From Pyrinomonadaceae bacterium (lineage in GTDB: Bacteria; Acidobacteriota; Blastocatellia; Pyrinomonadales; Pyrinomonadaceae): a stretch of 64,000 nt of DNA. The DNA lies in contig DATMVE010000059.1 of assembly GCA_035563515.1 (NCBI GenBank), positions 22,725-86,724 on the forward strand, in the 5' to 3' direction. Numbering within the stretch: position 1 is the stretch's first letter; each line of letters begins with the position of its first letter. The position numbers and the translations under genes are program-made. Positions 15,363-24,776 of the stretch are shown here, in pieces. The notes beneath the pieces were generated by a model. That model worked only from the letters and a program-made list of their open reading frames with translations. It ran no database searches and was not told the DNA's origin.

Positions 15363-16193
15363 ATGATGAGAAGAATTTTGATGGGGGCGGCGCTTCTTTG
15401 TCTGGCGGCCTCGGCGGCGCTGGCACAGTCGGACCGCTCACGTTACTCGCTCAGTTGCCGCGACCAGGGCAACTCTTACGGCGACGGCTCGCGCGCGCGC
15501 CACTGCGAAGTTAAGGAGCAGACGCTCCCGGGCGGCGGCGCGCTCGACGTGGACGCGTCACAGAACGGCGGAATCTCCGTCAAGGGCTGGGAGCGCAACG
15601 ATGTCTTGGTGCGCTACCGCGTGCAGACGCAGGCGCGGACGCAGGCGGAGGCTGACAACCTGGCCTCGCAGATTCAGCTCGGCACGGCGGGCGGGCAGAT
15701 TCGCGCCACCGGCCCGGAGCCGCGCGGTAACGCTCACTGGGACGTGAGCTTCGAGATATTCGTCCCGCGCCAGTCGAGCCTTGCGCTGCGCACGCACAAC
15801 GGCGGAATCTCCGTCTCAGACGTTCACGGGCGCGTCCAGTTCGATGCCACGAACGGCGGCGTCGCGCTCAAGCGTCTGGGCGGCAGCGTCTCCGGCGAGA
15901 CGGTCAACGGCGGCCTGGCCGTCGAATTGACGGGCAACAACTGGGACGGCGAGGGGCTCGACGTGAAGACGACCAACGGCGGGCTGAGCGTCTCGATCCC
16001 GGAGAACTACTCCGCGCACCTTGAGACGGGGACGGTCAACGGCGGGCTGGACATCAGCCCCTCCATCGCCCAGGTGACGCGCGAGACCAAGCGCCTCTCG
16101 CTTGACCTCGGCGGCGGCGGCACGAACCTGCGCATCCACACGACCAACGGCGGCGTCTCCATCAAGCGGGGCGGCCGCGGTAGAGAAATGTAA
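15363..16193 (+). CDS. DUF4097-like putative adhesin (beta-helix repeats)
   Basis: Start moved to ATG 15363 (MMRRILMGAALLCLAASAALA signal peptide). Repeated NGGISV / NGGLxV / TNGGV units. Confidence 0.7.
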   Translation: MMRRILMGAALLCLAASAALAQSDRSRYSLSCRDQGNSYGDGSRARHCEVKEQTLPGGGALDVDASQNGGISVKGWERNDVLVRYRVQTQARTQAEADNLASQIQLGTAGGQIRATGPEPRGNAHWDVSFEIFVPRQSSLALRTHNGGISVSDVHGRVQFDATNGGVALKRLGGSVSGETVNGGLAVELTGNNWDGEGLDVKTTNGGLSVSIPENYSAHLETGTVNGGLDISPSIAQVTRETKRLSLDLGGGGTNLRIHTTNGGVSIKRGGRGREM

Positions 16194-16213
16194 GAAAGAC
16201 GGACCACGCGCAC

Positions 16214-16261
16214 AACGCGAAGCCGCACGAAGGAGTTTATTCCTTCGTGCGGCTTCGCGTT
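16214..16261. terminator. Perfect 21-bp hairpin between convergent genes
   Basis: aacgcgaagccgcacgaagga / tccttcgtgcggcttcgcgtt with a 6-nt loop. Confidence 0.7.
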
Positions 16262-16321
16262 CGAGCGGAGCCGCAGGCGGTACTGACCTGGGGCGCGTTA
16301 CCGAACTTTATATTCTTCCCC

Positions 16322-18364
16322 TCACGGCTGGAAATCGGCGGCGCGCCAGAAGGGGGCCGATTCGTACATGCGGCCGCGCGTGATGACGAAGCGCACGCTC
16401 CGCAGGTTGCCGATGTTTTCGAGCGGGTTGCGATCAAGGATTATCAGGTCGGCGGTCTTCCCCGCCTCGATGGTGCCGAGTTCCTTGTCCAGTTTCATGA
16501 CGCGCGCCGGGACAATCGTCGCGGACTGTATGGCCTCCATCGGCGTCATCCCGGCGCGCACGTAAAGCTCCAACTCGCGGTAAGTCGTGTGGCCCGGAAC
16601 GACCAGGTCCGTGCCGGCGACGATTGGCACACCGGCCCTGTGAAGCGCCAGAGTCAACTTCGCCCCCAGTGCCATCGAAGCCGCAGCGCGCGGCGCGACG
16701 TCCGGCGCTAGCCCCGTGTTGTTCAGAATCGAGGCGAGCGACGCGGGAGTTTTCTCCATCCCCGGCTCGAACTCGACGAAAGGCGTCTTCAGGGAGTGAG
16801 TGTTCAACTCGCCGCGCGCCATCGTCGGGTCTATAACCGTGCCGCGCTCCCTGAAAAAATTTATGGCCTCGCGCGCCTCCTGTGAATCCAGGTTGATGGG
16901 CGGCGGCGTCACACCCGGCTGCGGCTTCCAGTTGCGCCCGCGCATGACGCGCAGCAGGAAGCCTACGTGGTTGATCTGATCCATCCCCGCCTCCACCGCC
17001 TCAATCGCGTTCATGCCCGTCGGCACGTGGCCCGTCACGGTCATCCCCAGCCGGTGCGCCTCGGCCGTGACGACAGGGACCAGTTCGGGCTTGAGCGATT
17101 GATAAATCTTGATCTGCTCGTAGCCCATCTCCTGGTAGCGCCGGACGATGGCGCGCGCCTCTTCCGGCGTCTGGGCGACGCGGTTGCCGAGCGCGTTGGG
17201 CGGGCCGTCGACGATGCCCGCGAGCAGCAGGCGCGGCCCGGTCACGCGGCCCGCCTTGATCGCCTCGCGCAAAGGGACTATGAACTCGGGCTCGTTGCCG
17301 GCGTCGCGCATGGTCGTGACGCCCGCGGCGAACGAGGCCGGTATCCACTCGGCCTGCTCGACGTGCGCGTGCATGTCCCAGAGGCCCGGTAGAATCGTCT
17401 TGCCGCGCGCGTCGAAGACGGGCGTCCCCTTCGGGACATGGACGGCCGAGCGCGAGCCTGCGGCCGTGATGCGCCCGTTCTCTATCAGGACCACGGAATC
17501 TGGCACAGTCGCTCTCCCCGTGCCGTCCACGAGCAGCGCGCCCGTGATGGCGTAGCGCCCCTCGCGCCGCGGCTTGATGCCGCGCGAAATCTTCTCCAGG
17601 TCGGCGACGCCGTCCGTGGCCGCCTGCGCGACGAAGAGGGGCAGCGCCGCTTCGTAGCCTTCGCGCACGGCCTCCAAACGGTCCAGTTCCGCGTCCGCGC
17701 TGACGACCGCGACGAGTTGCTGCGCGGGGTCGAACCAGACCGTCTCGCGCCCCCACATCAGTCCGCTCACGCTGTAGCGCTCAAGCGTCACTTCTTTGCC
17801 GCCCGCCTTGACCCGGTCGCTCCCGCGGCGCTCGAAGCTCACGCGCCCGCCGGGCAAAGTCTCGACGGCGTCTTTCGCGCCGTAGCGTTTCAGATAACGG
17901 AAGAGGGGCGTCTGTAGAGAGACGGGCAGGAGGCCGCCCGTGGGGAAGGCGCGCCCGTCCAGCTTGACGGCTCGGGTCTGCTGCCCCTCGCGCACGCTCG
18001 CCTTCCCTTCCCGAATCTCGACGCTCGCGTCTATCTCGGAGCGCGTCGAGGTGCGCCCCTTAATCTCGAATTTTTCGGGACTCAAGTCCTGCCGCGTGCG
18101 TAGCGTCGCGGCGAGCGCCACGGCGTCGCCCAGGTAGTTGATCTCGAACTTCGACTGCATCAACAGCCCCGCGCCGTCGCGCCTGACTTCGTAACTCTCC
18201 TCGCCGACAGGGTACTGCAACTTGTAAATCCGAAACTTTCCGCGCTCGACAAGCTGCGCTTCGGGGGCCGTCTGCGCGTTCGCGTATAAGACTGACTGAG
18301 CGATGACGAGGACGAGCGCCGCCGCGGCGCTCAAGCGGCGGGCGCGGGCTGATGTGTGTCTCAT
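16322..18364 (-). CDS. Amidohydrolase-family protein with a large N-terminal domain, secreted
   Basis: Start at ATG 18364 (signal peptide MRHTSARARRLSAAAALVLVIAQSVLYANA). LPGLWDMHAHV metal-binding motif. C-terminal GTIEAGKTADLIILDRNPL typical of amidohydrolases. Confidence 0.8.
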   Translation of the reverse strand: MRHTSARARRLSAAAALVLVIAQSVLYANAQTAPEAQLVERGKFRIYKLQYPVGEESYEVRRDGAGLLMQSKFEINYLGDAVALAATLRTRQDLSPEKFEIKGRTSTRSEIDASVEIREGKASVREGQQTRAVKLDGRAFPTGGLLPVSLQTPLFRYLKRYGAKDAVETLPGGRVSFERRGSDRVKAGGKEVTLERYSVSGLMWGRETVWFDPAQQLVAVVSADAELDRLEAVREGYEAALPLFVAQAATDGVADLEKISRGIKPRREGRYAITGALLVDGTGRATVPDSVVLIENGRITAAGSRSAVHVPKGTPVFDARGKTILPGLWDMHAHVEQAEWIPASFAAGVTTMRDAGNEPEFIVPLREAIKAGRVTGPRLLLAGIVDGPPNALGNRVAQTPEEARAIVRRYQEMGYEQIKIYQSLKPELVPVVTAEAHRLGMTVTGHVPTGMNAIEAVEAGMDQINHVGFLLRVMRGRNWKPQPGVTPPPINLDSQEAREAINFFRERGTVIDPTMARGELNTHSLKTPFVEFEPGMEKTPASLASILNNTGLAPDVAPRAAASMALGAKLTLALHRAGVPIVAGTDLVVPGHTTYRELELYVRAGMTPMEAIQSATIVPARVMKLDKELGTIEAGKTADLIILDRNPLENIGNLRSVRFVITRGRMYESAPFWRAADFQP

Positions 18365-18602
18365 GCTCTTTTTATAGTTCGGCGCGGGGCCGGAGTACAA
18401 TGCCGTGCGGCGGGGCCGGGCCTGGTCATTTCGACAAGACAATCCTTCGGACGCCGCGGGTGCTCATCACGCCACGCCGCGCCTCAAGCGAATTATACGG
18501 CGCTTCATCACATTTCTCTTTACTTCTCGCGCCCCGCCGAGGCACGCTACGGCCGCCGGCAGCTCTGACAATTCAAAAGACAATATGCGAACGGAGAAAA
18601 AG

Positions 18603-19031
18603 ATGAGACACGACTCGCCAGGATTCGGGTTCTTTAAAAAGCACAGGGAGTTCGGCGCAGTCTTCCTGCGCCTCGTGATCGGCTCGTTCATCATCTGGGG
18701 CGTGCAGGACAACATTTTGAGCCGCGAGCGTATGCTTGAGTTCGAGGGCTTCCTGGCCGCGCACGGCGTCCCCTACCCGGCCTTCGCCGCACGCCTCTCC
18801 GTCTACACGCAGTTCATCTGCGGCGTCTCGATTCTCCTGGGGGCGTTCGTTCGGCTGACGTCCATCCCGTTCATCATCAATTTCGTCGCGGCCATCATCA
18901 TCGCCCACCGCGGCGACACGTTCGCCGGCATGTTCCCGCCGCTCGTGATGATCGCCGCGGGACTCTTCTTCCTCTTCCACGGGGCCGGGAGGCTTTCCGT
19001 TGACGAACTCCTGGAGAGGCGCAAGGCTTAA
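18603..19031 (+). CDS. DoxX-family membrane protein
   Basis: ATG 18603 preceded by GGAGAAAAAG. Four predicted TM helices, FLRLVIGSFIIWGVQD-type start. Confidence 0.7.
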   Translation: MRHDSPGFGFFKKHREFGAVFLRLVIGSFIIWGVQDNILSRERMLEFEGFLAAHGVPYPAFAARLSVYTQFICGVSILLGAFVRLTSIPFIINFVAAIIIAHRGDTFAGMFPPLVMIAAGLFFLFHGAGRLSVDELLERRKA

Positions 19032-19149
19032 AAACTCGCCGGCCCCGCCGGCTCGCCCTATCCGAACGTCGCTTAAACATATTCGCGGCAGTAATCGTAG
19101 AGGCACTTGTTCGCGCCGAAATATTCTACGACTGCCGCCGGAGGACTCT

Positions 19150-20226
19150 ATGTTTCTCGCACGCGTTTGTCTGCTCGCCCTGCTTCTTCTCTCGCCGCCC
19201 GCCGTACTGTGCCAATCTGTGGACTTCGAAGTCGTCAAAGTCGCCGACGGCGTGTACGCCGCGATACGCAAGGAGCCGCCGGGGCTGACGGTCAACGGCA
19301 ACTGCGTCTTCATCATCAACGACGAGGATGTCGTCGTCGTTGACACCACGCTCACGCCCGGCTCCGCCAGGGAGGCGCTGGCCGCGCTCAGGAAGTTGAC
19401 CGACAAGCCCGTCCGCTACGTCGTCAACACGCACTGGCACGACGACCACATCATGGGCAACCAGGTCTTCCGCGAAGCCTTCCCAGGCGCGGAGTTCGTC
19501 GCGCACGCGAGGACGCTCGAATACCTGCCCACGGCGGGCCTGAATAATCGAAAACTGGCGATGTCGCCCGACGGCTATCCGGGCTTCATCGGTGCGCTCA
19601 AGCGCCGCCTGGAGAAGAACGAGAGCGCCTTCGGCGGGCCGTTGGACGAGGAGGAGCGCGCCACGCTCGCGAGCGACATCAGAATCGCCGAGCGTTACAT
19701 GGCCGAGAACCCTTCGGCCCAGATCGTCCTCCCGTCCGTCACGCTCGAAGACAAGCTGACGCTCCACCGCGGCCGTCGCACGATAGAGATTCTCTCGCTC
19801 GGGCGCGGCCACACGGGCGGCGACATAGTCGTCCACCTGCCCGAAGAGCACGTACTCATTACTGGCGACCTGGTCATCTGGCCCGTCCCCTACGTCGGCA
19901 ACCCGCAGTCGCACCCCGGCGACTGGGCCGCGACCCTGGAGAAATTGATTGCCATGCGCCCGGCCGCCGTCGTTCCGGGCCACGGGCCAATCCTGCGCGA
20001 CGACTCGTACCTGAAGCTGATGGCTAATCTCTTCGCGTCAATCAAGCGGCAGGTCGAGGCGGCGGTCGCGCGCGGCGAGACGCTTGAGCAGGCGCGCAAG
20101 AGCGTCAACCTGGACGAGTTTCAGAAAGCGTTCGCCGGCGACTCCCGCATGAGGAGAATGATTTTCCGCAGCTACGTCGTGGGCCCCGCCGTCGACGCCG
20201 CCTTCAACGACGCCTCGAAGAAGTGA
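19150..20226 (+). CDS. MBL-fold metallo-hydrolase, secreted
   Basis: Signal peptide from ATG 19150. HxHxDH motif NTHWHDDH. Downstream GHTGGD and PGHG. Confidence 0.8.
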   Translation: MFLARVCLLALLLLSPPAVLCQSVDFEVVKVADGVYAAIRKEPPGLTVNGNCVFIINDEDVVVVDTTLTPGSAREALAALRKLTDKPVRYVVNTHWHDDHIMGNQVFREAFPGAEFVAHARTLEYLPTAGLNNRKLAMSPDGYPGFIGALKRRLEKNESAFGGPLDEEERATLASDIRIAERYMAENPSAQIVLPSVTLEDKLTLHRGRRTIEILSLGRGHTGGDIVVHLPEEHVLITGDLVIWPVPYVGNPQSHPGDWAATLEKLIAMRPAAVVPGHGPILRDDSYLKLMANLFASIKRQVEAAVARGETLEQARKSVNLDEFQKAFAGDSRMRRMIFRSYVVGPAVDAAFNDASKK

Positions 20227-20322
20227 TAAGCAATTTCGCGTGAGTCCGCCGCAGGGTTTATACTGTGCGCGCGTGCCGACCAGGCTCCGATTCACGACTG
20301 AAATGACAGAGGTCATCAACCC

Positions 20323-21465
20323 ATGACGGGACCGTCATACCCCGCGGCGCGGATTGTCTCCGGCGTCGTACTGGCACACTTCGAGCGCCGCCTCGCGGCC
20401 GCGCGCCGCCGCGCCCCCGGCGAGAGACTGGCCCCGCAGCCCGGCGCGCGGGCGATAGAGACGATCATAGACACGGCGTTCTGGGCCAGCCTGCGGCGCG
20501 AGGAGGGCTTCTCCCCGAAAATCTCGCTCGCCTTTCTCCCCGCCGACCAGGCCGGCTACGCGCTCAGGTTCGAGCACCAGCTGCCGCTCACGCCCGCGGC
20601 CCTGGCGCGGCTCGCGCCCGCGGTGGAGCGCCCCGGCATACACCTCGGCGTCTGGCACAACGGCGACGAGCTGTGCGTCTGGGGGACGACGCGCAACATC
20701 CCGAAACTAGGCTTCGTGCTCGAAGTGATAGAGCCTGGCCTGCTGGTCGTCAAGTACCGCCGCGGGCAGGAGACGGGCAAGTTCGTCAACGTCGTGGTCC
20801 TCAAGGGCGACCAGATTAAAGAGGTGGACGAGAAGGGCACGAGCCTGCCCGACTGCCCGGAGCTGCTCACGCAACTGCTGGGCTTCGGCTCGCCCGCGCC
20901 CCAGGACGACTCCGTCAACGCGCTCGTCCAGCTCGCCGCCTCCATGCGCGCTCACGGGCGCGGCGGCTCACTGCTCGTCGTCCCGCAAGGCTCCCGCGAG
21001 TGGCGCGAGTCCATCGTCTGGCCCGTGCTCTACTCCGTGGACCCACCGTTCACGGAGCTGTCGGAGCTGATGCGGCAGAGCCCGCAAGAGAGGGACAAGC
21101 GTTTGTGGCAGGAGTCGTTTCAGGACGCGGTCGAGGCGACCGCGGGGCTGACGGCCGTGGACGGCGCGACCGTCCTCAGCGACCGTTTCGAGGTGCTCGC
21201 GTTCGGCGCGAAGATAGGGCGGCGCGAGGGCGGCGCGCAGGTCGAGCAGGTGGTCGTGACCGAGCCCGTGGTCGGCAACATGGCCCAGACCGTGCACCCC
21301 ACGCAGATCGGCGGAACGCGCCACATGTCCGCGGCCCAGTTCGTGCAGGACCAGCGCGGCTCGGTCGCGCTCGTCGCCTCGCAGGACGGCCGCTTCACGG
21401 TCTTCGCCTGGTCGCCCTGCGAATTAATGGTTCACGCGCACCGCGTCGAGACGCTGCTGATGTAA
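20323..21465 (+). CDS. DisA_N / diadenylate-cyclase-like domain protein with an uncharacterised N-terminal domain
   Basis: The C-terminal half aligns by eye to the DAC domain: GRGGSLLVV, LTAVDGATVLS (DGA motif), GGTRHMSAAQF (RHR motif with Met at the last position), VALVASQDGRFTVF. Confidence 0.65.
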   Translation: MTGPSYPAARIVSGVVLAHFERRLAAARRRAPGERLAPQPGARAIETIIDTAFWASLRREEGFSPKISLAFLPADQAGYALRFEHQLPLTPAALARLAPAVERPGIHLGVWHNGDELCVWGTTRNIPKLGFVLEVIEPGLLVVKYRRGQETGKFVNVVVLKGDQIKEVDEKGTSLPDCPELLTQLLGFGSPAPQDDSVNALVQLAASMRAHGRGGSLLVVPQGSREWRESIVWPVLYSVDPPFTELSELMRQSPQERDKRLWQESFQDAVEATAGLTAVDGATVLSDRFEVLAFGAKIGRREGGAQVEQVVVTEPVVGNMAQTVHPTQIGGTRHMSAAQFVQDQRGSVALVASQDGRFTVFAWSPCELMVHAHRVETLLM

Positions 21466-21467
21466 AA

Positions 21468-21538
21468 GGGAGGCGGAACGATGAACGATGAATTAGAAAG
21501 CAGTCGCCTTTAATTCATCATTCATCGTTCCGCCTTCC
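21468..21538. terminator. Heptamer-built hairpin (GAACGAT/GATGAAT words) between convergent genes
   Basis: Arm 21468-21495 pairs with 21511-21538, about 28 bp with few mismatches. Confidence 0.65.
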
Positions 21539-21546
21539 TCATTTCC

Positions 21547-22482
21547 TTACTTCCCGGCCTTCATGTCCGCGAGGCGCTTCTCGAAGCCGGCGGTGTCGAC
21601 CTTGTCGGCCTTGCCGCGCTCGACAGCCTTCTCGGCGAGGGTGATGGCCTCGTCCTTGCGGCCCGCGTTGTAGAGCATGTTCGCCTTGCTCGCGAGGTTC
21701 TGGAAGGTCTCCTTGACCTTGATGGACTGGTCGGCCCACTTCATCGCCTCGTCCCACTTGCCCTCTCCCGCGTAGACGCTGGCGACCTGCAAGGGGATGC
21801 GCCACTCGGTCGGGTTCGCGGCAATCGCCGCCTCGGCCCTGGAGCGCATCAGTGCCTCTACGTTCGGAACCTCGACCGTGAAGGGCACGACGATCTTCTC
21901 CCAGCGCAAGACGATCTTCGCGGTGCTCGGCGTGACTTCCGGGATGCTGATGTGCATCCACTCCTGATTGTCGGCGGCCGGCTGCGGCTTGGCCTTGACG
22001 CGCAGCACGTCCTTCTTCTCGTCGTAAGTGAAGCTGCCCCACTGCCCCGCGTCCGAGTTGAAGATGATCGTCCACTCGTCTTTGGCAGGGATGGTGTGCA
22101 GGCTGTAAGTCCCGGCCGCGAGCTTCTGGCCGTTGACGAGCACGTCGTCGGTGACGGCGAACGTCGTCGCCTCGTTGGCCCCTGTGCGCCAGACGTGGCC
22201 GTAAGGCACGATGGGCGCGTCCTTCGGGCGCGCGCGGGCGTCGTCGAGCGTCGCCGTGCCCCCGGCCCCGGCCGGCGGGTCGCCCCAGATCGTGCGGCCC
22301 TTCACGCCGGGGCGGCTGTAGGTGATGGTCACGTCCGTGACGCCGATGGCCTGCGTGACGCTGGCCTTCTGGCTCTGGCGCGGCAGGCGGACCGGCGGAT
22401 TCTGTGCCAGCGCCTGCGCCCCGCAGAGGGCGACCAAGAGCGCGGCGATGGCGTAAGTGTAAAGACGTTTCAAGGTAGGCAT
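21547..22482 (-). CDS. DUF2911-domain protein with a C-terminal TPR-like region, secreted
   Basis: Signal peptide. ITYSRPGVKGRTIWG...VPYGHVWRTGANEATTF...AGTYSLHTIP..EWTIIFN matches DUF2911 as I remember it. Preferred over the overlapping 21539..22552 frame. Confidence 0.75.
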   Translation of the reverse strand: MPTLKRLYTYAIAALLVALCGAQALAQNPPVRLPRQSQKASVTQAIGVTDVTITYSRPGVKGRTIWGDPPAGAGGTATLDDARARPKDAPIVPYGHVWRTGANEATTFAVTDDVLVNGQKLAAGTYSLHTIPAKDEWTIIFNSDAGQWGSFTYDEKKDVLRVKAKPQPAADNQEWMHISIPEVTPSTAKIVLRWEKIVVPFTVEVPNVEALMRSRAEAAIAANPTEWRIPLQVASVYAGEGKWDEAMKWADQSIKVKETFQNLASKANMLYNAGRKDEAITLAEKAVERGKADKVDTAGFEKRLADMKAGK

Positions 22483-22662
22483 CGTGTTTCTCCTGGCGAT
22501 AAGTTCGTGAATCTTGAATCGTAAAACGCGAGCCGTCGAAAGCAGGTTTCAACTCATTCGCGGTTTACGACCGCGCCGACGATAGAGGGCGGCACCCAGA
22601 GGATAAAGAAAGTCGCACGCGAGGGCAACACCGTCCGCGCTCACAATGCGTGGCAGGCCCCT

Positions 22663-22691
22663 TTGACAGTAATGGGCGGAAACAGTATTAT
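22663..22691 (+). promoter_or_regulatory. Sigma-70-like promoter TTGACA-N17-TATTAT
   Basis: Exact -35 hexamer at 22663-22668, a 17-nt spacer, and TATTAT at 22686-22691. About 165 nt upstream of the 22859 start. Confidence 0.6.
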
Positions 22692-22858
22692 CCGCCGTTG
22701 CTCCCCCGCGGCGGCCCGACGCCCTGCAAGGCCCGCTGCCGAGCTTCGCAGAGTTGGTCGCCTTAAATCACGCGCCCTCCTAACTCTTTCTTTAATTCAC
22801 CTCTCGGATTGATTCCAGGAGAATTCCACGCATTCGACTCTTCGACCGGAGAATTATT

Positions 22859-24448
22859 ATGCCTCTCGTTCCCCACACCCGGCGGCTCCCCCTCTTCATA
22901 CTGGCGCTGGCAAGTCTGTTTATCTGCCTGCACTCGGCCTCGGCCCAGACGGCGACGCCGACGCCCACGCCGCTCGTCACGCAGTTCACCATGAGCGGCG
23001 ACGAGGGCGAGTACATCAGCGGCGGCCAGGATTACGTGTATAAGCCCTCGAATGCCACTTTGTCCGTGAGGCTACTCGCCGATAACACGGGGGACGGAAT
23101 CATCGACACGATTTCATTCTCCGCCGTCCAGGGAAATTTTGATCATTGGTGGACTGTTGATTTAAGCACGGCCGGGCTCGGCAAGAACCTCGCGCCGGGG
23201 TCTTACGTCAAGAAGCCCAGCTTCGCGGCGAATAATACGAATCTGGATGTTTCCGGTGACCACAGAGGGTGTGGCACCGTCGGCAGCTTCACCATCCACG
23301 AAATCAACATTGACTATTCGGGTGCCAGCCCGCGGCTCGTCAACTTCGCCGCGAGCTTCGAGCAGCGCTGTTACGAAACCACGGCAACCTTGCTCGGGGC
23401 CTTCTACTACCGCTACACGGGCTCGCAATCCGTCGCCAGCATCTCCGGCCGGCTGGCCGACAGCGCAGGCAACCCGGTCGCCAACGCCAAAGTCGCCATC
23501 AACGGCTCCAAGATCGCCACCACGACGACCGACCTGGACGGCAACTACACTTTCCCGAAACTGCTCTCGGGCGGCAACTATCGAGTCGTCCCGACGCCCA
23601 GTGCGACCTACGTTTACAGCCCCGCGCGCCGGAAAATCTTAAGGCTGAACGGCGACCACGAAGCGGACTTCGCGGCCGTGCCACTTTACAAGATTACAGG
23701 GCGGGTGACGGACGAGAACGGCGCACCCGTCGCCAACCTGCCCGTCGCGCTGCAAGGGGCGAAGACGGAGAACGGCGGCACGGACAGCAAGGGCTATTAC
23801 AAGTTCACCGGCCTGAGGGCCGACGGCAACTTCACCGTCACCCCGATCAGCCAGCACTTCCGCTTCACGCCGAGCAACCGCACGTTCTACGGCCTGCCCG
23901 GCAACCAGACTCTGAACTTCAAGGGCGCTCCGAAGGAGTACGTCATAGGGGGACAAATTCTGGACGACGAAGGCCAGCCGATGGTCGGCTTGATCGTGAA
24001 CCTCGGCGGCGACGACCGCAAGGGGGCGGTCAAGACCGACGGCAACGGCAGGTATCAATTCAGGAATTTGAAGGACGGCAGCCTTTACTTCATCACGCCG
24101 GAGAAGCCCTACTTCCGCTTCTTCCCCGGTACCCGCGCTTTCCCCAGCCTGAGCGGGAGCTGGGATTCAATCGACTTCATGGGAATCCGGGACATTCACA
24201 TCCTGAGCGGGGTGGTCCTGGACTCCAACGCCAACGCCCTGCCGGGCGTCACCGTGACGCTGAGCGGCTCGCAGTCCGAGATAGCCATCACGGACCAGTT
24301 CGGCCGTTACAGGTTCACGGGCGTGCCCGCCGGCGGCAACTACACGCTGACGCCGTCGCTGGAAGGCCGCACCTTCTCCCCGGCCAGCAGGTCGTTCAAT
24401 CTCTTGAACGAAAACATAACGATAGCCAACTTCCTCTCGTCGCCCTGA
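22859..24448 (+). CDS. Secreted protein with multiple carboxypeptidase-regulatory-like (CarboxypepD_reg) repeats
   Basis: Signal peptide. At least four repeats of the type GRVxDxxGxPVAxxxVxLxG....TDxxGxYxFxxL. Confidence 0.8.
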   Translation: MPLVPHTRRLPLFILALASLFICLHSASAQTATPTPTPLVTQFTMSGDEGEYISGGQDYVYKPSNATLSVRLLADNTGDGIIDTISFSAVQGNFDHWWTVDLSTAGLGKNLAPGSYVKKPSFAANNTNLDVSGDHRGCGTVGSFTIHEINIDYSGASPRLVNFAASFEQRCYETTATLLGAFYYRYTGSQSVASISGRLADSAGNPVANAKVAINGSKIATTTTDLDGNYTFPKLLSGGNYRVVPTPSATYVYSPARRKILRLNGDHEADFAAVPLYKITGRVTDENGAPVANLPVALQGAKTENGGTDSKGYYKFTGLRADGNFTVTPISQHFRFTPSNRTFYGLPGNQTLNFKGAPKEYVIGGQILDDEGQPMVGLIVNLGGDDRKGAVKTDGNGRYQFRNLKDGSLYFITPEKPYFRFFPGTRAFPSLSGSWDSIDFMGIRDIHILSGVVLDSNANALPGVTVTLSGSQSEIAITDQFGRYRFTGVPAGGNYTLTPSLEGRTFSPASRSFNLLNENITIANFLSSP

Positions 24449-24493
24449 AGCGCCGGGCGCGGGCGAACGGCCGCCCCGCTCCTGACACACGAA

Positions 24494-24533
24494 GGCCGGG
24501 CATCAGTAGCGCAAGCTGATGCCCGGCCCTTTT
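24494..24533. terminator. Hairpin terminator between convergent genes
   Basis: ggccgggcatcag / ctgatgcccggcc 13-bp stem followed by cttttc. Confidence 0.75.
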
Positions 24534-24561
24534 CGTCGCGCGGCATGAAAGACGCGAGCCC

Positions 24562-24762
24562 TCAGTGCCGCGGCGGGGCGTCCTTTTCGTCGCTCTCCAC
24601 ATCCTCCGCCGACTCGACGACGTGGTCTGTGCCGAGCGTCCAGGAGGGCGGGTCGCTCGCGGGGAACGACGCCTTCAGGGTCTCGTCTATCTCGTCTTCG
24701 AGCGCTTCACGCTCCGCGTCGTCCGCGTTTTGGCCCAGGGCCGAATCTTTATCTTCAGTCAT
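24562..24762 (-). CDS. Small acidic protein with an FPASDPPSW motif
   Basis: 66 aa, starting 15 nt downstream of the TPR gene stop. Strongly acidic. Coherent GC3. Confidence 0.55.
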   Translation of the reverse strand: MTEDKDSALGQNADDAEREALEDEIDETLKASFPASDPPSWTLGTDHVVESAEDVESDEKDAPPRH

Positions 24763-24776
24763 GACACCTTCCCGGC

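Noticed and set aside
21539-22552. 337-aa minus-strand ORF overlapping 21547..22482
   Set aside because: It is a different frame of the same strand. The 311-aa frame has a signal peptide and the DUF2911-like core, while this one is Arg/Gly-rich.
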